64,000 nucleotides of DNA from Ptychomitrium polyphyllum (lineage: Eukaryota). The notes beneath the pieces were generated by a model. It searched no databases, had not been told where the DNA came from, and was given only the letters and a program-made list of their open reading frames with translations. How positions within the stretch are numbered: the first letter of the stretch is position 1; each line of letters opens with the position of its first letter. The position numbers and the translations under genes were made by a program. The DNA is taken from positions 9,672,001 through 9,736,000 of the forward strand of contig OZ316776.1 in NCBI GenBank assembly GCA_973851085.1. Direction: 5' to 3'. This document shows, piece after piece, positions 26,145 through 39,559 of the stretch.

Positions 26145-26156
26145 TTGGCAAGACTA
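26145..26156 (+). promoter_or_regulatory. Primer-binding site, self-priming (Tf1-like) type
   Basis: ttggcaagacta lies 2 nt after the LTR and is the exact reverse complement of tagtcttgccaa (25998-26009), ~30 nt downstream of the LTR TATA box. Confidence 0.75.
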
Positions 26157-26488
26157 CTTTTCATCTTTGTCAGAGCTAAGGTTCTTTGAAAAAGATTGTG
26201 GATTACCCATCTTCTTTAGGATTCCATAGCGTCTTAGAGGTTGCCGATTACCCTCCTCTAGCTAACACCATAGAGTTGGTTTCTCCTTCTAGAATCAAGT
26301 ATTACTTCTTTCAAAGGACGTGGATTTTCTTTCTTTGAAGGAACTCATAGTCTTTTTGTCTTTGAGAGTCTTAAAAAATGGATAACGTGCCTTGAACATC
26401 AGAGAATAGGTTTGCAACTATTGCAGACCTTCAAGAATTATTAAACACAGTTCGAACGGAACTCGCCCATTTTAGGACCACCAACAAT

Positions 26489-27388
26489 TTGGAGCAACAC
26501 ACTCGACAAGCTGAAGAATCCAGTGGTGATATTCAAAGCCTATATCAAGAGGTTGTTGGACTAGAAGAGGCCAATATTGGAAGAGAAGACTTACGTCAAA
26601 CCCATGCAAAGCCAAAGATTAGCATGCCAAACAAGTTCGACGGTTCAAGATCAAAATTGAGAGGCTTTGTTCAACAAGTAAGGCCTTTCTTTAATTTGCA
26701 TCAATCTCGCTATTCAGATGGCACGACTCAAGTGGAATTTGTGGCCACTCTTTTATCAAACAATGCACTCTTGTGGTTTGCACCACTAATGGAGAAGCAG
26801 TCACCATTATTGAACAACTTAGATGCTTTCATGCAAACATTGACATCTATTCTTAGAAATACCGACCGAAAGAGGGTGGCTGAGACAAGGATCCAGAGTC
26901 TTCAACAAGGGCAGCGCTCAGCTGCTACATATGTTGCAGAATTTTGACTACTAGCTTGCGACCTTGATTGGAATGATAAGGCCTTGGTCACACGATTTTA
27001 ATGGGGCTTAAGAGAGAATGTAAAGGACTTGCTACTCACAATGCCAAGAGTTGAAACATTGGACAAATTCATCATTCATGCAATAGCATGTGACAATAGA
27101 CTATTTGAAGAGTGCCGAGAACAACACTTCAGATGGCGACCAATACATCAAAGTATAGCTACCTCTTCTTCAAGAATATGAAAAAGCCAACCACAAATAC
27201 TAGAATCTATGCAAATTGATGCTGCCCAGTTTAGACGTTTGATTCCAAAAAAAAAAAAAAAACATCGAAGAAAAAACCAATGTTTGTATTGTGGCAAGTC
27301 TGGACATAAAGCGCGCAATTTTCAAATCAAAGGATCTGCCTTCAAGGCTCAAAGCACAATGGTGGAGTTGGAAAACGAGGCTGTCTAG
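26489..27388 (+). pseudogene. gag: gag (retrotransposon gag domain plus degenerate zinc knuckle), with stops
   Basis: PKISMPNKFDGSRSKLRGF, LQQGQRSAATYVAEF, and knuckle CLYCGKSGHKARNF at 27281 with the last Cys lost. Confidence 0.85.
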
Positions 27389-30300
27389 TCACAGTAGGGA
27401 CCATGCGACTAGACACCACAAGGAAACCACCATCAAATCAAGGTCTCTTACTACCTTCAAGCCCTACCTCTTGTTTTACATTTCCTATCAAAATTAAGTT
27501 GTTAGATGATGAAATAATTAGCAAGGCTCTCTTAGATACTGGTGCAACGGCATGTTTCATGGACAAAGATTTTGCAACAAAACATCACATGGTGCTTGTG
27601 AACAAAAAATATCTTGCACCTGTTGAAGTTATTGATGGACCATCTTTTGCATCTGGCAACGTTATTGAAGAAACTCAACCATTGCAGGTTGTTTTAGAAG
27701 ACCAGGCATCTAAGATTGTCTTCAACATCATTCATTGCCAAATGAATCCTATTGTTTTGGGCCTTCCTTGGTTTGAATTACATAATCCAGATACTGACTG
27801 GCGCTCACGGAGTGTGGTCTTAAGGAAAAGACGTCAAGGTACAAGAAATCTTGGACCATCATTTATTGGAGCTAAAGCATTCATGAAAGCGGCAAAGGAT
27901 GAACCAATCTATGCCACTTATGCCACGCCAATGTCCAGCTCTATAATAGAGACTAATAAAAACACACCTTGTAAATATCAAGATTATAAAGATGTTTTTG
28001 AGAAGAAGAATGCGGACATGTTACCAAAGCACCGGCCCTACGATTGTACCATTGAGTTGCAAGAAGGAGTCAATCACCTTTTGGACCTATTTATAACTTA
28101 TCACAAACTGAGTTGGCTGCCTTGAGAGAATATATTGATGAAAACCTCGGAAAGGATTTCATTCAACATTCTAAATCATCGGCTAAAGCAACCATTTCAT
28201 TTGTAAAGAAAAAAGAATGGATCGTTACGTATGTGCGTGGACTATGGAGGCCTCAATAAAGTAACGAAAAAGAATCGCTATCCATTACCATTAATCTCAT
28301 GATTCCTACAACAACTTAGCCAAGCAAAAATATTCACCAATATTGACCTTAGAGGAGCCTACAATCTTGTACGCATCAAAAAAGGAGACGAATAGAAGAC
28401 AGCTTTTCAATTTAGGTATGGTCATTTTGAGTACAATGTCATGTCTTTTGGCTTTATTAATGCCCCCGCAGTCTTCCAACATATGATGAATGATATCTTC
28501 CATGAATATTTTGACAATTTTATAGTCATCTACTTGGATGACGTTTTAATATATTCAAAAGATGAACAAGACCACAAATGTCATGTGGGACTAGTCTTAG
28601 AAGAACTATGCCGGCGAGGATTATGTGCCAAATTGAAGAAGTGCCTTTTCCATGAATCATCAGTTGAATTTTTAAGCTACTTCTTCTCCAAAGGAGGAAT
28701 CCATATGGATACGAAGAAAATAAGCACTGTCATGGAGTGGAGTACGCCAAGATCAATTCGAGATATTCATTGCTTTTTGGAATTTGCAAACTTCTACAGG
28801 ATATTCATCAAGGATTATTCCAAGATTGCAATACCATTAACGCGTCTTACGGGGAAGCAAAAATTCATTTGGAATGAAGAGGCGGAAAAAACATTTCAAA
28901 GTCTTAAGAAGTCATTTACGTCGGCTCCAATCCTTATTCATCCAAATCCATCAAAGCCTTATTATTTAGAAGCAACTGCCTTAGATTTTACGCTTGAGTC
29001 AGTACTCTCACAACATAATGAAGACGGGAGACTTCACCTTCTTGCCTTTTGTTTGAGAAAGTTCTCAGCTGCAGAGATCAACTATGATATCCATGATAAA
29101 TAACTACTTGCAATCATAGATGCGTTTGAGGAATGGTGACACTTGTTGGAAGGAGCTCAATATACCATCACGATACACACAAACCACAAGAACTTGGTGT
29201 TATTTCATGAGTGCGTGTGTTTTGAATTGCTGTCAAGCAAGGTGGATTATGTCGTTTTTTTATATTTGACTTTGTCATTACCTATCGACATAGTAGCTTA
29301 CAAGGTAAGCTAGATGCCCTATCTCAAAGTTCTTATTTAGCTCTTCAACCTAAAGATGATGTTTTGAATCAACAAAGGACTATTTTATTGAAGCCAGAGA
29401 ATCTTCAATTGAAAGCAGCAATTATTACGACAACATCTCATCTTGACAAAATTCAGAAGGCTTTGAAGAATGATGTCTTTGATTCAAATATAAGAAAGCA
29501 CCTCAAAGACAATGGACATCCTTCAAATAGCGTTGAGGACTTTGAATTCCAAAAGATTTATTTTATTATAAATGACTTCTGTACCTACTTCTAGGCCCTT
29601 TGCGGTTGAAGATCCTTCAGGCACGTTATGATTTTCCAGCAGCAGGACATTTTGGATTCAATACAACAATGGAATTGATTGCTAGAGACTATTAGTGGCC
29701 ACAAATGTGGAAGTACGTGAAGGACTTTGTTCGATCATGCGACACTTGTGCAAGAGCCAAAATACCAAGACACCGACCTCATGGTCTAATCCATCCGCTT
29801 TAAGTGCTAAAAGGCCCATGATTCTCTTTGTCAATGGATTTTATCATGGACCTTTCAAATTCCAATTCCAAGGATTCTATTTTGGTAGTGGTGGACCGAT
29901 TTACCAAAATGGCACATTTCATTCCATGCAACAAAACGGTAACGGAAGAAGAAACTGCCAAGTTGTTCATAAATCACATCTACCGCATATATAAACTATC
30001 AGATGATATTGTATCTGATCAAGGGCCGCAGTTCATTTCCAACTTTGGGAGGGCTCTATTCTAGATATTGCGTATAAAGATCAACCTTTCTTCAGCATAC
30101 CATCCGCAAACTGATGGCTAAACCAAACGTGTAAATCAAATTTTGGAGCAATACCTTCATTGTAGTATAAACTTCCAGCAAGTCAATTGTATGGATCTCT
30201 TGCTTTTGGCAAAGTTTGCTTATAATATTACGGTGCATTCTTCAACAACTCAAAATCCATTCTTCAACAGCTCAGAGTTGATTTTTTGCAAACTATGGCC

Positions 30301-30905
30301 ATCATCCTTGAGTAAATCCATTTCAAGTGCAGCATATTGGAAGTTCTGCAACAAAGAATTTTATAATTCAACTTTCTAAAATCCATCAAGAAATTACCTA
30401 TCAATTACAACAAGCTCAAGATCGTTACAAAACTTATGCAGATCGCCATCAAAAGGACCATCAAAAGTTCAAGGTTGGAGATAGCATATGGCTTCTACAA
30501 AAAAACATACAAACAAAAAGACCATCAAAGAAGTTACATAATTAAAGGTTGGGTCCATTTGAAATCAGCAAACAGATAAATCCGGTTAGTTATCGCCTAA
30601 AACTACCACCAAGCATGCAAATTCATCCAATATTCCACGTATCTTTATTGGAAACTTATAACAAATCATGTATACCAAAGAAAATTGTCTTTCCAACTCC
30701 TTTGCTAAAGATCAATAATGAAATTGAATATGAAGTGGAAGAAATTTTAAATTCACGCATCAAGAATAGATATGTGGAGTATTTTATACATTGGCAAGGA
30801 TATGGCATCAATGACCGAACATTGGAACTTTCAACAAATGTAACAAATGCATCCGAGAAGGTACGCAAATTTCATCAAAGATATCCTCAAAAACCAGGTC
30901 AGTGA
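27370..30905 (+). pseudogene. pol: pol (protease, RT, RNase H, integrase, chromodomain) with stops and frameshifts
   Basis: ALLDTGATACF (protease); LPKHRPYDC, MSFGFINAPAVFQ, YLDDVLIYS (RT); AEINYDIHDK (RNase H); SMDFIMDL, VVVDRFTKMAHFIP, IVSDQGPQF (integrase); GPF..IHPIFHVSLL; YEVEEILNSR...YFIHWQGY (chromodomain). Confidence 0.93.
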
Positions 30906-31561
30906 TGATATGCCATCAGTAGCCATTAGCTTTATAGAGAAGTTTTTCCTTTATAGACAAATATAAGAAGGGAGGAGAGATTTCCAAAACCTCTAATTGT
31001 ATGTAACATTATTTCTAAGATAGATCATTTCCAGATCCTAGCTAGAATGTCAAATCTTTGTGTTATCATGTATATGCGTAAAGAGTAGTCGGCCATGCCT
31101 TCATCAACAACAACACCTGTTGAGCCAACTCAACTTTCACAGCCTTTGGTAATGGAGGATCTAAACCAAGATATGAAGGGGACATTCCAAGGTCAAGTAC
31201 GACCTTATGCATAAGTATTGGCTAGTTGTTCTTCATATTCCAGTCTTCATTCAAAGTGCTCGCGTTCTAGTCATCTTGTTAGAAATTGGAACGATCACTC
31301 CTGGAGGACCCAAGATCTTGTTTGGATGATGTTTTGAAGAACTTAATCAAGATTAGATCTTGGAATGGGACATTTCAACAACAAAAGTCTTAGCTGGTGG
31401 TCATTGGCATTTCTTGCAAGGACCAATTGAATCAGTGGACAAAGAACAACAAGCAGAATATGTTGCTTCATTCCTTCAACAAATTTTGGAATTTGTAGAA
31501 ATGTAAGAAGTAAGCTAAGAAAAGAGCTCTTCATGGAACTCGTCGCTAAATGGGGAGGTGA

Positions 31562-32099
31562 TGTCACGGACATAAATCAAGCAACATAGTCCTTACAACA
31601 TTCTAGAACCTTCTAGTATACTATAAAAGCTTCTTAAAATATTTAAATGTCTCCATAGCCTTTCCATATTCTTAAGAAGCTTCCTAAAAAAGGTCGTCCA
31701 CCTCAGGAAACTTCCTAGGAAAGTTCTATCTCTTTAGAAAACTTCCTAAGAAGGTTCCGCTACCTTAAGAAACTTCCAAGGAAGATTCCCATTCCTTGGA
31801 AGCTTCTTAGGAATGTTCCAACATCTTAGAAAACTTCTTGGAAAGATTCTTTAAACTTCCAAAACATTCTAAAGCCTTGTAGGAAGCTTCTTTAGAAGTA
31901 TTCTAGGAAATACAAGCGTCGTAGTATAAATTGGAGGCAAGACAAGGTATTCCTTAGTCTAGCCAACACAAGTTGTAAATCATCTTGAATTTTGCCTTGT
32001 TCTAGTTTTTGTATCAAGTTCTTGTTAATCATTAATTCTTTGAAAGCTAATTTTTGGGAATCACTTTGGTTCTGCTTCTTGATTCTTGTATTCTTAACA
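31562..32099 (+). repeat. 3' LTR
   Basis: tgtcacggac...cttaaca, preceded by PPT aaatggggaggtga and colinear with the 5' LTR. Confidence 0.92.
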
Positions 32100-35000
32100 A
32101 TATGTACTTCTTTCAAATTATTCAGACAATAATTTACTTCCTAAAAAACAATTTGGTTTATATTTGGAACATGTTTCATAGCAATAAAAATAGAGCAATT
32201 CTCAAGTAAGCTTTGCTCCTTGACTATTACAAATTGAGAAAAAGTTTCAAAAGAATGAATTAGTAGCAAAAAGCATAAAAATCAGTTAGAAAATTGTGAT
32301 TTTTGTACACATGTGAAATAAAGAGGACATGTGAAATGGTAGAATGCAAAAATAAAACTTATAATTACAGTATAGAAAAAGCAAGTAAACTTCTTTGCCT
32401 ACAAAAGTACAATGTTTGAAAGCTTAGCATGATTGTATAAAGAGAGAAGATCTATGGGCAATAATAAAGACAAAGAGACCACTCATAAGTAGCAAGAATT
32501 CTACTAAAAGATACATGAAGAATGCTACATTGAAAATACAATTAGAATCAACATTGTTTTAGCACAAAAAGTTTGGAGATCTTTGAAACATGCTCAAGAA
32601 TGTGTTTCAAGCTGGAGATTATCAACAAATCATGTTACTAATAAACAAGTTCAATAACACTATGATGTCAATACATACCTCATAAAAATGATGGAATGTG
32701 CAATTGGCTCAAAACAATTAACTAGGTCATTACCAACAAGACTTTGAACAACCAAGTGTTCACTGTTATCATGTAGTCACAAAATGGTGATCCAAGGCAT
32801 CACCTCCAAGACAAATCCAAGTTTTGAGGAGTAGCTGAAACAAGTCTAGATAAGAAGCCCCTGAACCAATTTATTGCTACATTTGTGGATATCCTGGTCA
32901 TTCTACTGGATATTGCAATGAAATGGATTTTCTACAAATTCCCATTAACCCAATACGTTGAAGGGGAAACTTATACTTGATTGATAGATTGGTTTGTTGA
33001 AGAGGATATATCATCAGATACAAATGTGAGGACAGCTGGTGAAAAACTCACAGAATAGATGTTGTAGGTTCATCCAGCTGACCAGGTTTTAGAGTTAAGG
33101 GTCTAATGAACAGAGTGGCATTGAACAGGAGTTGGATAGATGCTGATGGATTAGCTAGAGGTTCCGCAAATCGGAGGCAGCTATGACCACCTCAATATTC
33201 TTATGTGAATCTGAGATTAAGACGAATCCACATTCATAACAAACTTGGCTGTCCAACGCCTGTCCAACTTACACTGCTCCCACCAGAATCCCCTAATTAT
33301 CGCATGGTTGACCAAAGTTTCAGTTGTGCAGAATTTTAATAACCACGACGCCTGCGAAATGGGTCACTCTCAGGCCACGTCAGGGTGACATGCAATCTCA
33401 GCGTGCACAGATCAACAATCACATTCTGAACATTACACAGACACAATGTAGCAGGCAAGAATTTCAGGGAGCAATAACAGTTACAATGGAAGACAAGGAG
33501 CAGAGGACACAGCTCACAGTCTAGGAACAGAGTCCTGCAAACTTACCAAACTAAACAACGACTTGTCGGTTCTTAATCCTGTTTCAACTAAGCTGCAAAC
33601 ATCCAAGCAAACATCTCAACCCCCCAGCATCAATTACACGTGACTGTAACGACCAGCGCAGGCCAGTTTCCAGAATGGAAGGTTCTACACTCACTAGAAT
33701 ACCTGGTCGTGTATGGCAAGCTAGCAGGATGCTCCTTCCTGCTCAGTATTCTTGAAGTCAAGATTTGCGTCTCCTGGCTGGAGGATTATTAGGCATAACT
33801 GCCAAAGGTCTTCTTGAGAGGCACAACTGCAACAGAATTCCACAACTCTTATTGCACCTGAGCAAGCAGATTTGTCAATACGAATGCAGAAGAGATTCTC
33901 GTATGGCATGACATTTGGTCCAGTCTATTCTGCAGACAAAAAACTTCACGAGTCCAGACCTGATACAGACAAGCCTGCCGGTATGACGTGGCAATCCAGT
34001 AGAAAATTGGTGCGCTTGCTGTAGGCATTTGGAGTTTGGGACAAGCGAATCGCTGTAGTAGGAGCAGAAAGTCAGGAGAAGCTGGATTCGAATGATTCAA
34101 GTATCCACCATATAAACGGGTGGGAACCACAGCATGCTCTAAAAAGACGTAGTTGGGAAAAAAACAACGAAGTCGTCCATAATGTTAGGGTATGTCGTTT
34201 AGGCTTTCAACTTGGTTTTCTAATATTCCATAAAGCGCAAAAGCGCCCGAAAGACCACAGGCAAGCGAAGCGTGCAGAGCAAAAAAAAGTTCTTCTTTTT
34301 GAACAAAGCCTGAAGCTTCACAAAGCAAGCGAATGAGTCTAGCCCAAATAACCCGAGACCACTACGCTAGCCTGCTCTTGTATGAAATGAGCCCCTGCTC
34401 TGGCAAATCAAAGTTTCTTTCGGTCAAACTGGAAAAAACAAGTCATGTATTAGTAATCATTGGCACAATACCTATTCTGCTACTAAGCGTGGAGGAATTC
34501 AACTTTGAGTACATGATCTTCTTCCAAAAGAGCTTCGGTAAGGGCTTGATGTGAATAAAGCGTTTGTTCATTTCACTCGTGAATATTGACGGATGAATAT
34601 GTATGCACAGGACATGGACCAATTGTGTAGAACTATTTCACCCATGCATTCAATAGTAAAAATGCTTATTAATCGTGATAAATAATAGATAGCTCATAAA
34701 TCAAAAGTTTATACAATATATTCTAGTTTGTATTGTATGAGTTTGTTTAATCTAAGGTGGTGGTTGGATGTAAGTGTATATTTCATTTGTTTATTCTAGA
34801 TATTAATCCTAGTGCACTTATTTGAAAGGGTATAAATTTGTAATGGCTTAATATTTGTAAGTGAATAATTGCAAGTAAGAAGTAATTTGAACTAATCAAC
34901 ATGTCCATACTAAAATCTATGACACTAGACTTTTGAGCACTAACAAAATTTTAAAAAGTAACATTATTATTAAAAACTATTGTTATAATCTACATTAAAT

Positions 35001-36342
35001 CTTGTAGAAAATGAATCATTTACTTCTCCTTATTAGTGAATAATTTTTTTTAAATTTGGAAATATTCCTTAAATCTTGATGCAATTTTGTTCTAATTACA
35101 ATTAAAGCATTTATTAACACCTAAATGCCTAAGATTAGAGACCAAACTAAGACTAATTTATGGTTTATAACTTCGCTACTTTTAATGAAGTTTTAATCCG
35201 AAAAGAAAAACATAAAAAAACCAGTATGTAGAAGTTATTTATATAATTTCTTTTTAAAACACCAAGTATACAAGTCCTACTTTATTTAATATTAAAGCAT
35301 CTAACTTTTGTAATTTTCATAAATTTGATTTCTAAATTGCTTCTTAAATAAAAGACTATCCTAGCACAATTTCCAAAATTGTTGCAAAATAAATGATAAT
35401 TTATTATTTCCTGATGTGAAGGGCTATTTAGAAAAAGTAATGAAGGACCAGAGATGGAAATTCTTTTTACCTTATCAAAGCAAAAGGGAGAAATTCATTT
35501 TTGGAAAAGGAATTTCATGCCGAGAGATGAAATTTTGGAGTCTAGGTTGACAAGTTGATCAGATTTCAATGTTATCCAAATTTGTTTGCTCTCCTACACT
35601 TCTAACTGTAGTAGAAACAAGTTTAAGATTAAAGTTCATGAAATTCCGGTTTCCATCTTCCACTTGCCAAGAGTCACTTATACATCAACCGATGCTTGGG
35701 AATATCATTCAACTTGTTGTCACCAAATGGTAGAAGTGCCGCCTTACACCTGCTCCCGCCCACCATAGGGCATGAAGTTTCTGCCATATGGTTGAAATTT
35801 ACAGTCACAGATATTCTAGAGGTTGGTAGTAAAACTGCAAACAGATTACTCCCCCGGCGTAGAGGATTCTAGGATAAGATTCCCCGGTAATGGAGTCTGT
35901 ACACAAGATGGTGATTGATGTAGCAAAGTAGTACAGTGCCCACTTTTGAAAAGCCGCCCTTATTAAGTAGTGCATGCACGCAAAAATTCTTGCAAAGCCA
36001 CATCATGATCATCATGTCTTGCTCATTGCTTAAAATAATACCATCAAAAAAAATGTCTGTACCAGGACGAGTCAGCGTGGTCGTGAGGTCTGCTGGAGTG
36101 TCTGGGGAGGTCCCGCAGATGGTTAGGATTTGGGAAGCTCGAACAGCAAGGCAACTGGTAAACCTCATCTCCGCTAGAGAAAGCTGCTGCGCAGACACTG
36201 CTGCGATTCAGGGGATGAAAATCAAAATCCTCTTATAAATCCAGTATCCTCTGCTGGTATTTCACTTGATAGCACAATAGGTTCTTTCTCTTGTGCATGA
36301 TTACGCTCTCATAGCTGAGGATAGTTCGCAAGCAGTTTCATC

Positions 36343-38843
36343 ATGGGGCTCCTATTCTGTCAAGAGCCGGTTTCTGATGTAGCCCAGCTTGCGGTCACTG
36401 AGCAGCCGTGTGAGCCGTCGTCCAGTTTGTGTGAATTGGTGCTCATCATGTATAAGATACTGGAGCGCATTGTGGATGACATAGAGATTAGCACGAGAGA
36501 GCTGCGACCTTACCAGATCGTTGCGAGGAAAATCATAGCGGTGGCCAAGGAGCAATCGGAACTGGAATTGAGCGAAATGGTGAAGCACATGCGGACGCTG
36601 AGCGATAGACTCCTTCCTGATGATCCGCTTCTAGAGTAATTTTCCTGCTGCTGCAACATTTGAATTAAATTCTGTGGCTAGTTTTCTGCTGTCCATAAAG
36701 CTATGGACAATTGAGCACTGATATTCTTTGTTTCTTATGGTTATTGATTTGGGAATTTCGCAGTTATGATTCAATTTCGATTTTGAAAATGCACTTTCTG
36801 CGCCAGCGAAAATTGTCTTGAGCGGTGTGGTGTCTAGATTAGTAACAGTTGCCTGCTTGATTCAGGGGTCTGACGGCAACCAAAAGGGCTGTTCTCGAAT
36901 TTCAAGGATGTTGCTCCGCACGCGGTACCTGGGAACACCAAAAGTACTGGTGGGCTATAGTTCAGCAAGAATCGAAAGGTGGGTGTAAGAGGGCGTTAAC
37001 GGAGCTGGAGCTGGAGACGGAGATGGAGATCCAGCACTACGAGGGTTATTGGGTTTCAACAATTCGCGAGTGGTCAGCAAGAAGAATTCAGCATTCCAGA
37101 CGTACAAAAGCCAAGTGGTCAGGTCATAGTCGTGGTGGCAGAAACCCTAATCCTGAGCAGTTGAATGTGAAGGAGTGCATTAAATCAGTACCCTGTAACA
37201 AAATCTACAACTGGTACGACATATCCCAGAAGATCATCCGCGAGGATAGAGATGAGAAAGCCATCTCAACATCTTCTCCGGACTCTGTGCCTGGTGTTGA
37301 AGATTGTAATCCTGTCGCTTCTTTGTTCTGCTCCATGTTGCTTGCTAAAGCGTGGGCTGTGCGCGATTTAATTGTCATTAAGCTTCGCTGCTTATCGAGA
37401 AAGAAGCGAACAATAGAAGAACCTCCTGAAGAAGTAGATGAGATTAGTGAGGCACCAGCAGGTCTTAATGCGACCACATTAAACCTTAGTTGCACGGCCA
37501 TAGAACCTAATAAGACGACATCCGCGACAGGATGGGATTCCCTACCGTATGATTTGCAACAAGTTGTCCTCAGTAGATTAAGATTTGAGGACCTATTCCG
37601 TTCCAAAAGAGTGTCAAAATCTTGGGTGAAACTCATAGACGACGAAGACTTTGGTAAGTTGCGCGACGCAAGCCCTGAATCTGTACACGGCTCGTTTACT
37701 GCGATCAATTACTATATCAAGAACAAGGCATGGCAATGTACTGGATTCGATTTGCATTCGAGGACGTGGAGGTCTCTGCCAACGTTTTCGCTGACGCTTC
37801 CGGCTCCGGATGCCGAGAACTTCAAGGAATACTCCGTTTCTAGCCATCACGGCCTGGTGTGTGCCGATGTTGCGAAAGCGCCCAAGAAGGGCGAGCTGGT
37901 CGTTTTCAACCCCTTGACCAGGAAGACGTTCTCGCTGCCGTCCCTTCCGAATCCCAGAAGCCCGGTTCTCGTCCACATCTCGGTCGATCCCACGACGAAG
38001 TCTTACGCGGTCATAGTTGCCGGGAGTTCGAGTGCGGGTGACGAGCATCTGTCGAAGAAGGTGGAAGTCTTCCATTCGACGACGTCGCAGTGGGAAGAAG
38101 CCCCTGACGTACCCGGGCCGGCGTTCGGCCTCAACGAGCACCAGGGCGGTGTATGCGTGGACGGAGCACTGTACTTCATCGCATTTCTGGAGGGCGGCTG
38201 CGGCAGGGGCGTCGTGGCATTTGACGTGGGGAACAAGAGATGGTTGGACAACAAGGCCTGCCCAATCCCATTCTCCACGTTCTCGAACACCCTCCAACTG
38301 GTTGAGACCGGCGGCGAGGTGTACCTCTTCTCCGAGCAAGAGCGAGGCGGATCCGTGGAGCATTGCATCGACATACTGGAGACCCCGCGCCCCGGTGCAG
38401 GCGCACCGGAGAGGCGCCGCTGGAGGAACGTGCTTCGAGTGAAGAAACCGGGAGGGCGAGGACTCCAAGTGTACCCTGAGCACACCTGTGTGCCATTTGG
38501 GGAAGGGAGGCTGTGCGTCTTCAACACTCTCACCTGTGACGGCGTAGTGTATGACGTGCACGGTGGAAAGCAGGTTGATGTCCTGCGGCCACCGCCTCCA
38601 CATCAGAAGGGTGACAACTTCTTCAGCTTGAATCCGGCAACGTTCACGCTTCATCCGGGCTTCGACAGCGATCCAGTACCCCCAGCTGTTGATGCGCACT
38701 TAATACCTCAAATGGTACCAAATTCTATGCATGCAAAATTGGCTAAAGATTCCAAGTATTCTCAAAGAACGTGGTCAGGCAACGGTGATAAAATTGATGG
38801 GCTGGTATCTGTTAAAGGCAGACAGTCGTGCTTCGTTTTTTGA
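36343..38843 (+). CDS. F-box/kelch-like beta-propeller protein with an extra N-terminal helical region; predicted exons 36343-36635 and 36866-38843 (further introns possible)
   Basis: F-box WDSLPYDLQQVVLSRLRFEDLFRSKRVSKSW followed by propeller motifs (HGLVC, VVFNPLTRKTFSLP, VEVFHSTTSQW, GVCVDGALYF, VVAFDVGNKRW). A phase-2 GT-AG intron 36636-36865 joins ORF 36343 to the F-box frame without a stop. Confidence 0.82.
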
Positions 38844-39559
38844 GAATCCTTGGGAAAGGGGTCTTGAGTTGATGTCCTTCAGCTGTAAATAATGAGTATG
38901 AGCGTTCGATTAGTAGTTGCGTTTAACGATGAGATTCGAATTCAGTATACCGCGTGTCTATAGAGTAGTCTTCAAGTATTTAAAATCATGTAATCAACTT
39001 GTGGACTTCTTGTGTTCCTTGCTTCTCTATTGTTCCTATACTTCTGGCAGCAGTCTGACTGTCTGCTACCACGAAGCTCTGAGCCCCTTCAGGTTATTAA
39101 TGGGCGATTTGGTTGGCAACGCACTGATGCCTGATATTAATGCTTAATTAATGGTACAGATGGTGTCACATCTCTGCTTAGGCAAACATTGTTCCATTTG
39201 CCAATCTGGCCATCATCACAAAGCAGAAAGAAGTGGAAAATATGAAACCCAAGCCGAGTACTGGTGAACCCTCACTTCGTTAACAGGAAGTTCACGAAAG
39301 CCATCCCTTTCATGCTTTAGATCTGAAAATACACCAATTCATTTACTTCGTGGTTTAAGTTGATGCATTTTTGCTTTATACGGTGTTTGAACAATTTGTT
39401 GTCACTCCGCTGACCAATAGAACTTGAAATGTCCAGTGTAAGAACCAGCTAAATTTGAAAATGCTCACAGTCAACATGTGAGAATTTGATTGTGATCACA
39501 TTCATACAATCCATGATGAAGAGCCAGATGTCTGAGGTTATTTGCAAATTCATCCTCTT

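Larger units (their letters stand above)
24986..32099 (+). mobile_element. Full-length, decayed Ty3/gypsy chromovirus LTR retrotransposon (moss RLG-type)
   Basis: 5' LTR 24986-26142 (interrupted by a nested LTR) and 3' LTR 31562-32099 (TG...CA). Near-perfect 5-bp TSD GTATG (24981-24985) / ATATG (32100-32104). Internal order is gag, protease, RT, RNase H, integrase, chromodomain. Purine-rich tract 31548-31561. Confidence 0.95.

Noticed and set aside
32800..34560. Moderate-GC region with several short minus-strand ORFs
   Set aside because: No consistent spliced frame or recognisable motif; could be a pseudogene or lncRNA but unsupported.
37614..38699. 361-aa antisense ORF (and its 354-aa twin at 45203-46267)
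   Set aside because: Shadow ORFs of GC-rich F-box coding sequence.
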